Positions 9,963-18,686 of a DNA stretch of 64,000 bases are shown in pieces (positions within the stretch are counted from its first letter, which is position 1; the number at the start of each line of letters is the position of its first letter). Source of the stretch: Rhodothermales bacterium. Its GTDB lineage: Bacteria; Bacteroidota; Rhodothermia; Rhodothermales; JAHQVL01. The stretch is taken from NCBI GenBank assembly GCA_041391505.1, contig JAWKNW010000013.1, positions 77,255-141,254 of the forward strand, written 5' to 3'. A model generated the notes under the pieces. The model was given only the letters and a program-made list of their open reading frames with translations. It searched no databases and was not told the origin of the DNA. The position numbers were made by a program, and so were the translations under genes.

Positions 9963-9975
9963 CCCGAGGTAAAGC

Positions 9976-10959
9976 ATGTACCCCAGACTGAGCGACATCT
10001 TCAAGGAACTGTTCGGGATCAACCTGCCGTTTCCGATCTATTCCTTCGGGGCGATGGTGGCCATCGGGGCCATGACGGCCGGCTGGCTCCTCGGCAAGGA
10101 GCTGGATCGCTATTATGCCCTGGGCCGGCTGAACGGCGTGATGATGAAGGTGGACGCGAAGGGCAAGAAGGGCCGCTCGGGCATGCAGAAGGTGGCGCCC
10201 TCCAACATCGTCTGGGTCGTCACCATGATCGCGCTGGCCTCGGGGTTCGCCGGCGCGAAGCTCTTTCACATCCTCGAAAACCTCGACCAGTTCGCGCGCG
10301 CGCCGTTTCAGATGGTGTTTTCCTCCGGCGGCTTTACGTTTTACGGCGGACTCATCGTGGCGGCGGCGGTCGTGTATACGTATGTGCGGAAGAAGGGCCT
10401 GGATGCCGCCGTGTTTGCGGACTCGCTGGCGCCCGGGCTCATGATTGCCTACGGCATCGGCCGGCTGGGGTGCCACCTGGCCGGCGATGGGGACTGGGGC
10501 ATCCCGAGCGACGTCGCCGCGAAGCCGGACTGGCTGCCGATGTGGCTCTGGGCGGAGACCTACAGCAACAACATCCTGGGCATCAACCTGTCGGCCCAGC
10601 CGGTGTACCCCACGCCCATCTACGAATTCATTGCGTGTATGCTCATCACGGCCGTCCTGTGGAGCGTGCGCAAGCACCCGTTCCGCGCCGGCTGGCTCTT
10701 TTCCGTCTATCTCGTGCTGAACGGGATCGAGCGGTATCTCATCGAACAGATTCGGGTGAACAACACCTTCGAATTATTCGGAATTGTATTCACCCAGGCG
10801 GAAATGATCGCGATCGTCCTCATTGGTCTCGGCATCGTCGGGCTCATCCGCTATTCGCGCAAACAACCCACCCATGGCGACGAACGAGACAACGATATCG
10901 GTTCTGATCGGGAGAAAGCCGGTAAAAGAAGCCCTGATCAATCAGCCGCGCTCCATTGA
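9976..10959 (+). CDS. lgt: Prolipoprotein diacylglyceryl transferase
   Basis: 327 aa polytopic membrane protein. FPIYSFGAMVAIG..., FYGGLIV, YGIGRLGCHLAGDGDWG, PTPIYEF are Lgt signatures. The hydrophilic C-terminal tail overlaps rlmB by 86 nt. Confidence 0.9.
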   Translation: MYPRLSDIFKELFGINLPFPIYSFGAMVAIGAMTAGWLLGKELDRYYALGRLNGVMMKVDAKGKKGRSGMQKVAPSNIVWVVTMIALASGFAGAKLFHILENLDQFARAPFQMVFSSGGFTFYGGLIVAAAVVYTYVRKKGLDAAVFADSLAPGLMIAYGIGRLGCHLAGDGDWGIPSDVAAKPDWLPMWLWAETYSNNILGINLSAQPVYPTPIYEFIACMLITAVLWSVRKHPFRAGWLFSVYLVLNGIERYLIEQIRVNNTFELFGIVFTQAEMIAIVLIGLGIVGLIRYSRKQPTHGDERDNDIGSDREKAGKRSPDQSAALH

Positions 10960-11647
10960 AAAGATCCTGCTGACCAAGCGCGGCGGCGGACCCGAAATCG
11001 ACGCCATCCGCGCGACGGCTTCCCGCCAGGGCGTGCCCGTTCAGTACGCGCCGGAAGTCAGGCTGGACAAGGAGAGCGGACGCGCCAATCATCAGGGGGT
11101 CGTGGCGTTCATCAGCGGCATCGAGTACCGCGACCTCGACGACATGCTGCGGGACATAGCCCCCACGCGCGACGAGGTGGCCGAGCGCAGGCCGGTCGTC
11201 CTTGCACTGGACCGGGTGGAGGATCCGCACAATCTGGGGGCGATGCTTCGGAGCGCCCTCGCGGCCGGCGTGGCGGGCGTCATCGTCCCCGACCAGCGCA
11301 TGGCGCCCCTGAACGCAGCCGCCATGAAGGCCAGTGCCGGCGCGGCCATGCGATTGCCTATCGCGCGCGTCGGCAAACTGTCCGAGGCGCTGTATCAGAT
11401 GAAAGAGCGGGGATACTGGGTTGTCGGGACGGAATCGACGGAAGGGGATACGATCTGGAGCTTTGACTGGCTCAAGCCGGTCGTGATCGTCATGGGGAGT
11501 GAGGGGATGGGTTTGCATCCGTCCGTCAAGGAGCAGTGCGACGCTCTCGTTTCGATCCCGCTGTTCGGTCCGGTGGAATCCCTCAACGTGTCTGTCGCCT
11601 GCGCCCTCACCGTTTATGCGGCGGCGATGCAGCGCGCCGCGAGCTAG
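10874..11647 (+). CDS. rlmB: SpoU/TrmH-family 23S rRNA 2'-O-methyltransferase (RlmB-like)
   Basis: ATG at 10874 (MATNETTISVLIGRKPVKEAL...). LDRVEDPHNLGAMLRSA, VMGSEGMGL, IPLFGPVESLNVSVA are SpoU motifs 1-3. Confidence 0.85.
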   Translation: MATNETTISVLIGRKPVKEALINQPRSIEKILLTKRGGGPEIDAIRATASRQGVPVQYAPEVRLDKESGRANHQGVVAFISGIEYRDLDDMLRDIAPTRDEVAERRPVVLALDRVEDPHNLGAMLRSALAAGVAGVIVPDQRMAPLNAAAMKASAGAAMRLPIARVGKLSEALYQMKERGYWVVGTESTEGDTIWSFDWLKPVVIVMGSEGMGLHPSVKEQCDALVSIPLFGPVESLNVSVACALTVYAAAMQRAAS

Positions 11648-11650
11648 CGC

Positions 11651-11914
11651 TTATTTCTTCCCGTTGAGCTTGTAGACGATTTTGCGGACGGTATCGAACT
11701 GGAGGTAGGGATATTCGTTGCGGAGTTGTTCAATGGCGTCACAGGCCGGCACGTCGTTATCGCGCATCATCCGGAATTTCATGCGAATCTGATAATCACG
11801 AATGCCTTTGTCGCTCAAGAGAGAGTGACTCGCCAGCATATCGTACAACTCGTCGCTAATCAATTCGGAGAGCGGATTCTGCGTGTCCACGGTTGTTTCG
11901 GATAGCATATACAT
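11651..11914 (-). CDS. Small hypothetical protein, possible helix-turn-helix regulator
   Basis: 87-aa ORF with an ATG start, about 49 %GC by hand count (flanks are mid-60s). The C-terminal half, IRDYQIRMKFRMMRDNDVPACDAIEQLRNEYPYLQFDTVRKIVYK, resembles the Mor/sigma-region-4-like HTH pattern. Function not established. Confidence 0.5.
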   Translation of the reverse strand: MYMLSETTVDTQNPLSELISDELYDMLASHSLLSDKGIRDYQIRMKFRMMRDNDVPACDAIEQLRNEYPYLQFDTVRKIVYKLNGKK

Positions 11915-12242
11915 CGCTTTCTGAATCTGCTAGGTAGTGTCAGAAAATTCGTTCGGATCGTCCCCGGGTGTTCAGAGCGCCCCCAGGACGGCGTTGCATC
12001 CTGCATCACATCCAGGATAGGTTCTGCCCGAAAGCATGTTCAGACAGCGCCAGATCGAACAGACGTACTCGGCGCGATGCCCCTTGCCTGGGCACGGGAG
12101 GGAATATCGCCTGTACAATCCTAATGGATAGCGGCCGTTGATTCCTTCCCTTTTCCGCCGAACCGTCGATGCCTAACGGCGAACCGTTTGATTGCCGTGG
12201 CGAGCGGTCCCTCTGTGCAAAGAAACCGTGAATGGTTCGGGG

Positions 12243-14717
12243 TCAGTCGAATTGCCGCACCGTCTGGCGCAAATACGGCAGGGAGAGAAGCGTTTCGATG
12301 GGTACATCCGGGTCGGTATCCTGCCGGACCGCGCCGGATGCGAGGATGGCGGCACGCCGGACGAGGGGAGAGGTATCTTCGGTCAGTCCGTCGAGCGCCG
12401 AAAGCGCCGATTTGTTGCCCATGCCGGCGTAATACGTGAGCAGCCGGAGCGCGCCCAAGCGCAACTCGGTGGGATGGTGTGCCGCCGTGTACGACGTCGC
12501 CAGCTGCACGCCCTCTCGCGTGCTGATGCCCACAATCGGTATCGCGCCCAGGCCGGCGAGACGCACGCGTTCCCGGTGGGAAGGCGTGATGAGCGCGGAG
12601 CGGACGATGCCTTCGGCGGATGGCGCCTTCACCCGGGCCAGCACGGATACGGCGGATGCCTGGAGAACGTAGCTCATGGCGGTCTCGGCGGTTTCCAGCG
12701 CCATGATCGTGACATCCGCCGTCTGGTCGCGGCCCGAAAGCCCCTCTAGGACGATACGCTGGATCCGGGGCGAACCACCCTCAAAGGCATTGAGCAACAG
12801 CCGATCCGTCGACTCGGAAGGCGGCAGCGTGGTCAGCAGGGACACCACGGCGGTATACACCGTCTCCGGAGGCTGCGTCTGCACTACCGATTGCAGCCCG
12901 ATACCCAGTGCCGGATCGTTTTTCCAGGCGCCGAGCGCCTCCACGGCGGCGAGGCGATCGAGGACGTTGGGCGCGTAGCGGAGCTGCGCCACCCAGGCCG
13001 TCAGGTTCTGGTCGACGCGGGTTTTCATCAGGTAGCGGTGGTCGGGGTCGACCAGCACGAAGCGCGGTGCCAGCGACAGCGGAAACGCGACGCGCGCCGC
13101 GTTCTTGCGCAGCGCGTAGCTGAATCGCTGCGAACTCCCGAGCGAGTGGATCTCGAAATCGAGGTTCAGGTCGAACACGCCTGGCACGAGATACCCTTCC
13201 TGGACCTGGCGCAGATCGACATACAGCGACTCGGCCACGGCGTCGTAGCGGTAAGAAACATTCAGCTCGGGGTGGCCGGCGCTGTAGACCCACTGGTCGA
13301 AGAAGCGGTCGTACGAGGTTTTCGACCAGGTCGAGAGGGATTGCTTGAGCTGGTCGGAGTTGACCGGCGTAAAGGCGCGCGCGCGACGGAACGCTTCGAG
13401 AAGTCCCCAGAACGCGTCATCGCCCAGCTGCTGGTGGATGGCATGGAAGATCCAGGCGGCCTTGGCCCGGCTATGGGCGTCGAGCATATCGACCGGGTGG
13501 CGCCATTCGTTCCACACGAGCGGCCGGCGGTACTGCGCGGCTTCGGCGAAGTAGGCGTCGGCGAGCCGGCTCAGGCCGGCGTAAAACGCCTCGTCGCCTT
13601 CCCGCTCCCGAACGTACAGCAGACCGATGTAGGTGGAGAGCCCGCTGGCCATCCAGGACTCGGACCAGAAATCGGGCGGCAACATCGCGCCCACCCACTG
13701 GTGCGCGAGCGCCGTGGCCAGCGCGAGCACGGGCGACTCGTCCAGCGCGGCGCGCTCGTCGAGCAGGAAGCGGTCGTTGAACAGCGTGAAGCCCGTGAAG
13801 TCGAACTGGTCGATCAGCAGGTCGTTCGCCAGCACCTGTGTGTAGCGGGGCCAGGGATAGACGGTCCCGAAACGCGCGGACAGGAAGTTGAGGATCGACC
13901 CGGTTTCCTGAAAGGTTCGCGCGACTTCGTCCGTGCGTTCTTCAGGGACCCACTGGGCGAAGGGGACGGTAAAGCCGTTGTAGAGACGGACCGACTGCTC
14001 GTATTTGAAGAATCGCCCCACGACGAGGCCGATCGCATACGGCGCGTGCTGCTGGTCCTGCACGTAGTGAAACAGCACCAGACCGTCCTCGGTGGGCATG
14101 GTCTCCGTGAGCTGGCCGTTCGACAACGCCTCCATGTCCGGCGGGACGGAGATCAGGACCTCGGAGGTCAGGAGGTCGGACGGGCTGAATGGCAGGGGGA
14201 GCCAGAACTGCTGGCTTTCCGGCGCGGCGTCGGTCCATACCAGCGCGGCATCGCGCGACGTGGCGGGGCGGTGGATATACATGCCGCTCGCCGGCGTGGC
14301 GGCGTACGTCACCTGCACCTCGATGGGCTCGCGCACCGCCGAAAGGGAATCCAGCGAGACCACGAGGCTGTCGGCGCCCTCGAATGTATAGGTCGAAGCG
14401 AATTTTTCGCCGTCGAGTGTGCCGGCCCGGACGCTGAAGACCTCGATGTCCCGGGCGCGCAGCACGATGGCCGGCAGGGAGTCCTCGACGTGGCGGATGC
14501 GGTACGTGGCGACGCCATAGATGCGGCCGGCGTCCAGTTCTACACGCAGCGCGAGCCTCAGGTGCTCCAGGTCGTAGTCCTGGTAGGGGATGTCGTGCGG
14601 GGCGCCCGTGAAGAGGGGAGACGACAGCGGCTGGGCGTCCTGGGCACGGACAATCTGCAGCGCGCTCGTCAGCAGGAGCGCGAGAATGAGGCGGCGAAGG
14701 GCTCCGTTCCGATGCAT
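12243..14717 (-). CDS. M1 aminopeptidase-like protein with C-terminal HEAT-type repeats; zinc-binding motif degenerate
   Basis: 824 aa with a signal peptide (MHRNGALRRLILALLLTSALQIVRAQ). M1 fold context ...ALATALAHQWVGAML..FWSESWMASGLSTY aligns to the canonical HEXXHQWFG..WLNEGFA. The C-terminus carries ARM/HEAT-like repeats (PLVRRAAILASG...). Confidence 0.8.
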   Translation of the reverse strand: MHRNGALRRLILALLLTSALQIVRAQDAQPLSSPLFTGAPHDIPYQDYDLEHLRLALRVELDAGRIYGVATYRIRHVEDSLPAIVLRARDIEVFSVRAGTLDGEKFASTYTFEGADSLVVSLDSLSAVREPIEVQVTYAATPASGMYIHRPATSRDAALVWTDAAPESQQFWLPLPFSPSDLLTSEVLISVPPDMEALSNGQLTETMPTEDGLVLFHYVQDQQHAPYAIGLVVGRFFKYEQSVRLYNGFTVPFAQWVPEERTDEVARTFQETGSILNFLSARFGTVYPWPRYTQVLANDLLIDQFDFTGFTLFNDRFLLDERAALDESPVLALATALAHQWVGAMLPPDFWSESWMASGLSTYIGLLYVREREGDEAFYAGLSRLADAYFAEAAQYRRPLVWNEWRHPVDMLDAHSRAKAAWIFHAIHQQLGDDAFWGLLEAFRRARAFTPVNSDQLKQSLSTWSKTSYDRFFDQWVYSAGHPELNVSYRYDAVAESLYVDLRQVQEGYLVPGVFDLNLDFEIHSLGSSQRFSYALRKNAARVAFPLSLAPRFVLVDPDHRYLMKTRVDQNLTAWVAQLRYAPNVLDRLAAVEALGAWKNDPALGIGLQSVVQTQPPETVYTAVVSLLTTLPPSESTDRLLLNAFEGGSPRIQRIVLEGLSGRDQTADVTIMALETAETAMSYVLQASAVSVLARVKAPSAEGIVRSALITPSHRERVRLAGLGAIPIVGISTREGVQLATSYTAAHHPTELRLGALRLLTYYAGMGNKSALSALDGLTEDTSPLVRRAAILASGAVRQDTDPDVPIETLLSLPYLRQTVRQFD

Positions 14718-14756
14718 GGAGGCTGGCTGTATCCGATGAACGTTTCGCCGAGCAGC

Positions 14757-15809
14757 TTACAGCGCTTTCTGCGGAGTTTCAACCGCATCCTTGCGAAGTA
14801 CCTGCCAAGATACGCCCTGCATGACGAGGGCAATGGCGCCGATCACCACATAAAAGATGAGCTGGATGCCGTGCGCGAGCACTGCATAGACGATCGCGTC
14901 GCCGCCGTCCATGCCGAAAACGTGCACGAGGGCCATCTTCGTGATGTAATGGTACGAGCCGGTGCCCCCGGGAGCCGGCACGGCGATGCCGAGCGAACCG
15001 AACACCATGATGGCAAAGGCGTCGAGCAGGCTCAACCCGTATTTCGCGGGGAGGTCGAGCATCAGCAACGGCAGGTACGCCATCAGGACGTAGCCCATCC
15101 ACATGAGCACCGTCGTCCAGATCATCGCGAACTGGCGGGGTGAGCGGTGGAGGGTGTAGATGCCGTCCCGAAAGGATATGGCGGCTCCGCGGACGCGACG
15201 CATCAGGCGGTGGTCGCTGCGCCGAGCCGCGCGGAGGGCCAGCACGCTCGCCACGCCGGCGCTGAGCCCCACCACGGCGACCAGGGCATAGCCGCCGACC
15301 GAAAACCGCTTGAGGCCGCTCCATAGCGGTTGAAACACGTGTTCGTCAAAAAAGCCGAACTGATCGATGTACAGCGCGAGCGTCACGCCGATCGCCGCCA
15401 GCAGCACGACGGAGTCGAGCAGGCGCTCGATGACGACCGTCCCCATCACACCGCTGATGCGCTTTTTTTCCTGCCGGGCGAGGTTGGCGGAGCGGACCAC
15501 CTCGCCGAGCCGGGGCGTCGCCAGGTTGACGAGGTACCCGATCAGGACGGAGAGGAAGGCGGTTTTAAACGAGACCGTGGAAGCCCCTGTCTCGACGCCC
15601 CGCTCCGGTAGCGCCTCGATCAGCAATTTCCACCGATAGGCGCGCATGGCGTGGCTGAACAGGATCACCGCGATGAGCGGCACGATCCAGACATAGTGCG
15701 CATGACGCAGCGCTTCGCCCAGCTCCGCGAGCGGCATGCCTCGCAAGGCAAGATAAAGCAACACCCCGCCAAGGAGGATGCTGATACCATAGGACAAAAT
15801 GCGCTTCAT
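14757..15809 (-). CDS. Flippase-like / lysylphosphatidylglycerol-synthase TM-region family membrane protein (UPF0104)
   Basis: 350 aa with about 8 TM segments. AMRAYRWKLLIEAL...IGYLVNLATPRLGEVVRSANLAR...VVIERLLD matches the TIGR00374-type signature. Confidence 0.8.
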   Translation of the reverse strand: MKRILSYGISILLGGVLLYLALRGMPLAELGEALRHAHYVWIVPLIAVILFSHAMRAYRWKLLIEALPERGVETGASTVSFKTAFLSVLIGYLVNLATPRLGEVVRSANLARQEKKRISGVMGTVVIERLLDSVVLLAAIGVTLALYIDQFGFFDEHVFQPLWSGLKRFSVGGYALVAVVGLSAGVASVLALRAARRSDHRLMRRVRGAAISFRDGIYTLHRSPRQFAMIWTTVLMWMGYVLMAYLPLLMLDLPAKYGLSLLDAFAIMVFGSLGIAVPAPGGTGSYHYITKMALVHVFGMDGGDAIVYAVLAHGIQLIFYVVIGAIALVMQGVSWQVLRKDAVETPQKAL

Positions 15810-15834
15810 GGGCGGGTTGCTGCGGGGGTAATCG

Positions 15835-16494
15835 CTATTCCGACCTCAGGTCGATGAGTTCGGCATCGGCCGGCGGTGCAAAATCGAAGGGGTTGCCGTT
15901 GAGTGGCGGATTGAATACCAGGTGCTCCAGGCTGAACTCCAGCTCCGCCTCGTTTACATCGATGACGCGAAGACGTGTGATTGCGCTATCTGTATCTCGC
16001 ACCCACAGGGTGACCTCTCGGAAAAAGGACTCGTCGCTGCGCGGACGAAGCGCCAGGATTTCATGTTTGATGCCATCGAGATATCCCTCAGACGTCTCAA
16101 GGACTTCATAGTTTTCGTCGAAGGCGTAGAGAAAATCGCTCAGCGAAAAGGTCGACGGATCCTCTACGTAGTCATTGACCAGGATCTGGTTTTCGTAGCG
16201 GTTGTAAATCCAGGTCGTCTGCCCGTCGGTGACGAAGGTCTGGGCGTCCGTATCCACCCGATACTGATTGCCCCGCAGCAGCAGGCTCCCGCTTACGCCG
16301 GGCAGATGTTCTCCGTCGGGGGTCGTAAGATGCTGGCTGAAGTCGGCCTGGAGGGTGGTGGCTTCGTCGTAGCGGGCCTGGAGGCGATCCAGGATGTCCG
16401 TCACGGCCGGCTGCGCCGAGGCGGCGAGGTGTACAGAAAAGAGTACAAAGCAGGCGATCAGCGCAGCGCCGGACGAGGCAGGAAGGCGTTTCAT
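15835..16494 (-). CDS. lolA: Outer-membrane lipoprotein carrier protein LolA-like
   Basis: Start at the ATG 16494 gives a signal peptide (MKRLPASSGAALIACFVLFSVHLAASA), followed by ILDRLQARYDEATTLQADFSQ..., a typical LolA N-terminus. Confidence 0.75.
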   Translation of the reverse strand: MKRLPASSGAALIACFVLFSVHLAASAQPAVTDILDRLQARYDEATTLQADFSQHLTTPDGEHLPGVSGSLLLRGNQYRVDTDAQTFVTDGQTTWIYNRYENQILVNDYVEDPSTFSLSDFLYAFDENYEVLETSEGYLDGIKHEILALRPRSDESFFREVTLWVRDTDSAITRLRVIDVNEAELEFSLEHLVFNPPLNGNPFDFAPPADAELIDLRSE

Positions 16495-16637
16495 GATGAT
16501 TTCAGGGCCATGTATGGGGATTGAACGTGATGCAGGTAAAAGGTTCAAAGCCCATGCCTGCTATGCGTCAGCCGGCGAAAGGGTTCAGGCCAACCCCCAT
16601 TCTTCCCGGGTAACATCGCATCGAGGAGGCCGGGCGT

Positions 16638-17819
16638 CTAGCCGGCCTGCAAGGTCGTCGATAGCGCTTCGGACAGCGCGGCAACATCGGCGGCGTCGTT
16701 ATACAGGTGGGGGGAGATGCGTATGGCCGTGCCCCGGACCGATACGCTGATCTGACGCGCGCGCAACGTGGCGGCAAAGGCATCCATATCGACCCCGGCC
16801 GGCAGCCGCAGTCCGAACAGATGATGGGCGCTCCGGTCGTCCGCCTCCACAAAACACCCCAGGCTGCGCGCGAGCGCGACGAACGGACCCATGAGCCGCG
16901 CGTCGTAGGCCTGGATCGCCGCAGGCCCCCAGGCCACGACCTGCTCCAGCGCTACCTTGAGCATCGGCAGCAGGATAAAATTCGAGCGCTCGCCGACGTC
17001 ATACCGGATGGCGCCGGGCTGATAGGCATCCTGGTAGCGGACCAGTCCGCCGAATTGCTCGCTGTTCTTGCGGCCGATCCAGTTTTCCTCCAGCGGGACG
17101 CCGTCGTCGAACCGGGGTCCGAAATAGGCGACGCCGGTGCTGTAGGGACCCATCAGCCATTTGTAGCCGGCGCACACCACCGCGTCGGGCTGGATGCGGG
17201 CGACGTCGAACGGGAGCGCGCCAATCGATTGGGTGCCGTCCACCACCAGCGCCGCGCCCACGTCCCGGCAGCGCGCGCCGATGGCCTCGAGGTCGAACAG
17301 GGTGCCGTCCGCCCAGTGCACATGGGGGATCGCGACGAGGGCCGTGCGCGCCTCGATCGCCTCGAGCACCCGCTCGTTCCACCGCCGGCCCCGGCCGTCG
17401 CCGACAGGCGGGGCATCGACCGTCACCACGCCGGCGCGCCGCTCCGAGGCGAGCCGGCGCCAGCTGTAGATGTTGCTCGGAAATTGCTCCTCCAGCACCA
17501 CGATCGTCTGTCCCTCGCCGACGGGCAGATTCCGAGCCGCCGTCGCGATCCCGTACGAGGCCGACCCCGCGAGTGCGATGCGCTCCGGCTCGGCGGCGCC
17601 GATCAGGCCGGCGAACAGGCCGCGCACGGCCCCCGCCGTTTCAAAAAAATCAGCGGGCTGGACGACGTGCGGCGCACGCTTCATCCGCATACCCGCGATG
17701 CCGGCCTCCTCGACGTCCCGCATCAGCGGAGACATGTAGGCGCAGTTCAGGTAATGGATGTCGGCCGGCAGGTTAAAAAGCGACTTCTGGCAGGAGAGCA
17801 TGGGCGATGGTAGGGGCAT
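16638..17819 (-). CDS. Aminotransferase class V-fold PLP-dependent enzyme
   Basis: 393 aa. IHYLNCAYMSP..., HVHWADGTLFDL, VVDGTQSIGALPFDV, CAGYKWLMGPYSTGVAYF (PLP-Lys context). Paralogous in motif style to 5670..6800. Confidence 0.8.
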   Translation of the reverse strand: MPLPSPMLSCQKSLFNLPADIHYLNCAYMSPLMRDVEEAGIAGMRMKRAPHVVQPADFFETAGAVRGLFAGLIGAAEPERIALAGSASYGIATAARNLPVGEGQTIVVLEEQFPSNIYSWRRLASERRAGVVTVDAPPVGDGRGRRWNERVLEAIEARTALVAIPHVHWADGTLFDLEAIGARCRDVGAALVVDGTQSIGALPFDVARIQPDAVVCAGYKWLMGPYSTGVAYFGPRFDDGVPLEENWIGRKNSEQFGGLVRYQDAYQPGAIRYDVGERSNFILLPMLKVALEQVVAWGPAAIQAYDARLMGPFVALARSLGCFVEADDRSAHHLFGLRLPAGVDMDAFAATLRARQISVSVRGTAIRISPHLYNDAADVAALSEALSTTLQAG

Positions 17820-17915
17820 CGTGCTAGGGGTGAATCAGGAGCGCGAACCCAAACGGTGGTCCGCTTCCTCTGATGGCCGGTCCACGAGGGGGCTCGGCCG
17901 TGGGGGATCCAGCCC

Positions 17916-18686
17916 TCATAACCGGGGCATCGTGAGTCCGCCGTCGAGGGTGAGGACCTGGCCGCTGGCGTAGGGCAGGTCGCCGCGTACGAGCATGGCG
18001 GCGACGCGGCCGATGTCCTCCGGGGTGCCCCATCGGGGCTCGAGCAGGGCGCCCTGTTCGATCATGGCGTCGTACTTCGAGGTCACGCCGGCGGTCATGT
18101 CGGTCTTGATCAGTCCGGGGCGCAGTTCGTACACGGGGATGCCGTGCGGCGCGAGGGCCACGGCCCAGAGTTGCGAGGCCATCGCGAGGCCGGCCTTGGA
18201 GACGCAGTATTCGCCCCGGTTGATGGATGCGACGGTGGCGGAGATCGAGTTGACGTTGATCACGCAGCCGCTGAACGCCGCATCCGCGGCCCGCTGCGCG
18301 ATCATCCAGTTGCCCACGGCCTGCGTCAGAAAGTAGGGGCCTTGCAGGTTGACGCGCAGGACTTCCTCGAAGCTCTCCTCCGTGGCATCCAACATCATGC
18401 GGCGGTCGCGCGGCGCCATGCCGGCGTTGTTCACCAGCACGTGAAGCGCCCCGAAGGTCTCGCGTGTTTTTTCGAGCAGCGCGCTGCGCTCCGCGGCGTT
18501 CGCCATGTCGGCGATCTGGTAGGCGGCGCGGATGCCCCGGGCGCCGAGTTCGGTCAGGGTGGGGACGACCTCCGCGGCGGGCCGGCGACCGCACAGCATG
18601 AGGTCGTACCCCTCCGCGGCGAGCGCGTGGGCTATCCCCAGCCCGATCCCGCGCGTGCCGCCCGTGATCAATGCCACCCGGCTCAT
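17916..18686 (-). CDS. Short-chain dehydrogenase/reductase (SDR)
   Basis: ATG at 18686: MSRVALITGGTRGIGLGIA (TGxxxGxG), NNAG, catalytic YCVSK. The start overlaps the upstream gene's stop (ATGA, 18683-18686). Confidence 0.85.
   Translation of the reverse strand: MSRVALITGGTRGIGLGIAHALAAEGYDLMLCGRRPAAEVVPTLTELGARGIRAAYQIADMANAAERSALLEKTRETFGALHVLVNNAGMAPRDRRMMLDATEESFEEVLRVNLQGPYFLTQAVGNWMIAQRAADAAFSGCVINVNSISATVASINRGEYCVSKAGLAMASQLWAVALAPHGIPVYELRPGLIKTDMTAGVTSKYDAMIEQGALLEPRWGTPEDIGRVAAMLVRGDLPYASGQVLTLDGGLTMPRL

Noticed and set aside
12891-15143. 750-aa plus-strand ORF, and similar long shadow ORFs (e.g. 49063..51072 -, 36464..38119 -, 46494..47768 -, 41953..43563 +, 30909..32501 +, 8457..9881 -, 18671..19843 +)
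   Set aside because: Each is antisense to a gene with strong family signatures (M1-like, ThuA-GSDH, speA, propeller-azurin, GH92, S9 peptidase, hisS, Gfo/Idh/MocA). Each also has biased low-complexity composition. They are treated as non-coding shadows.
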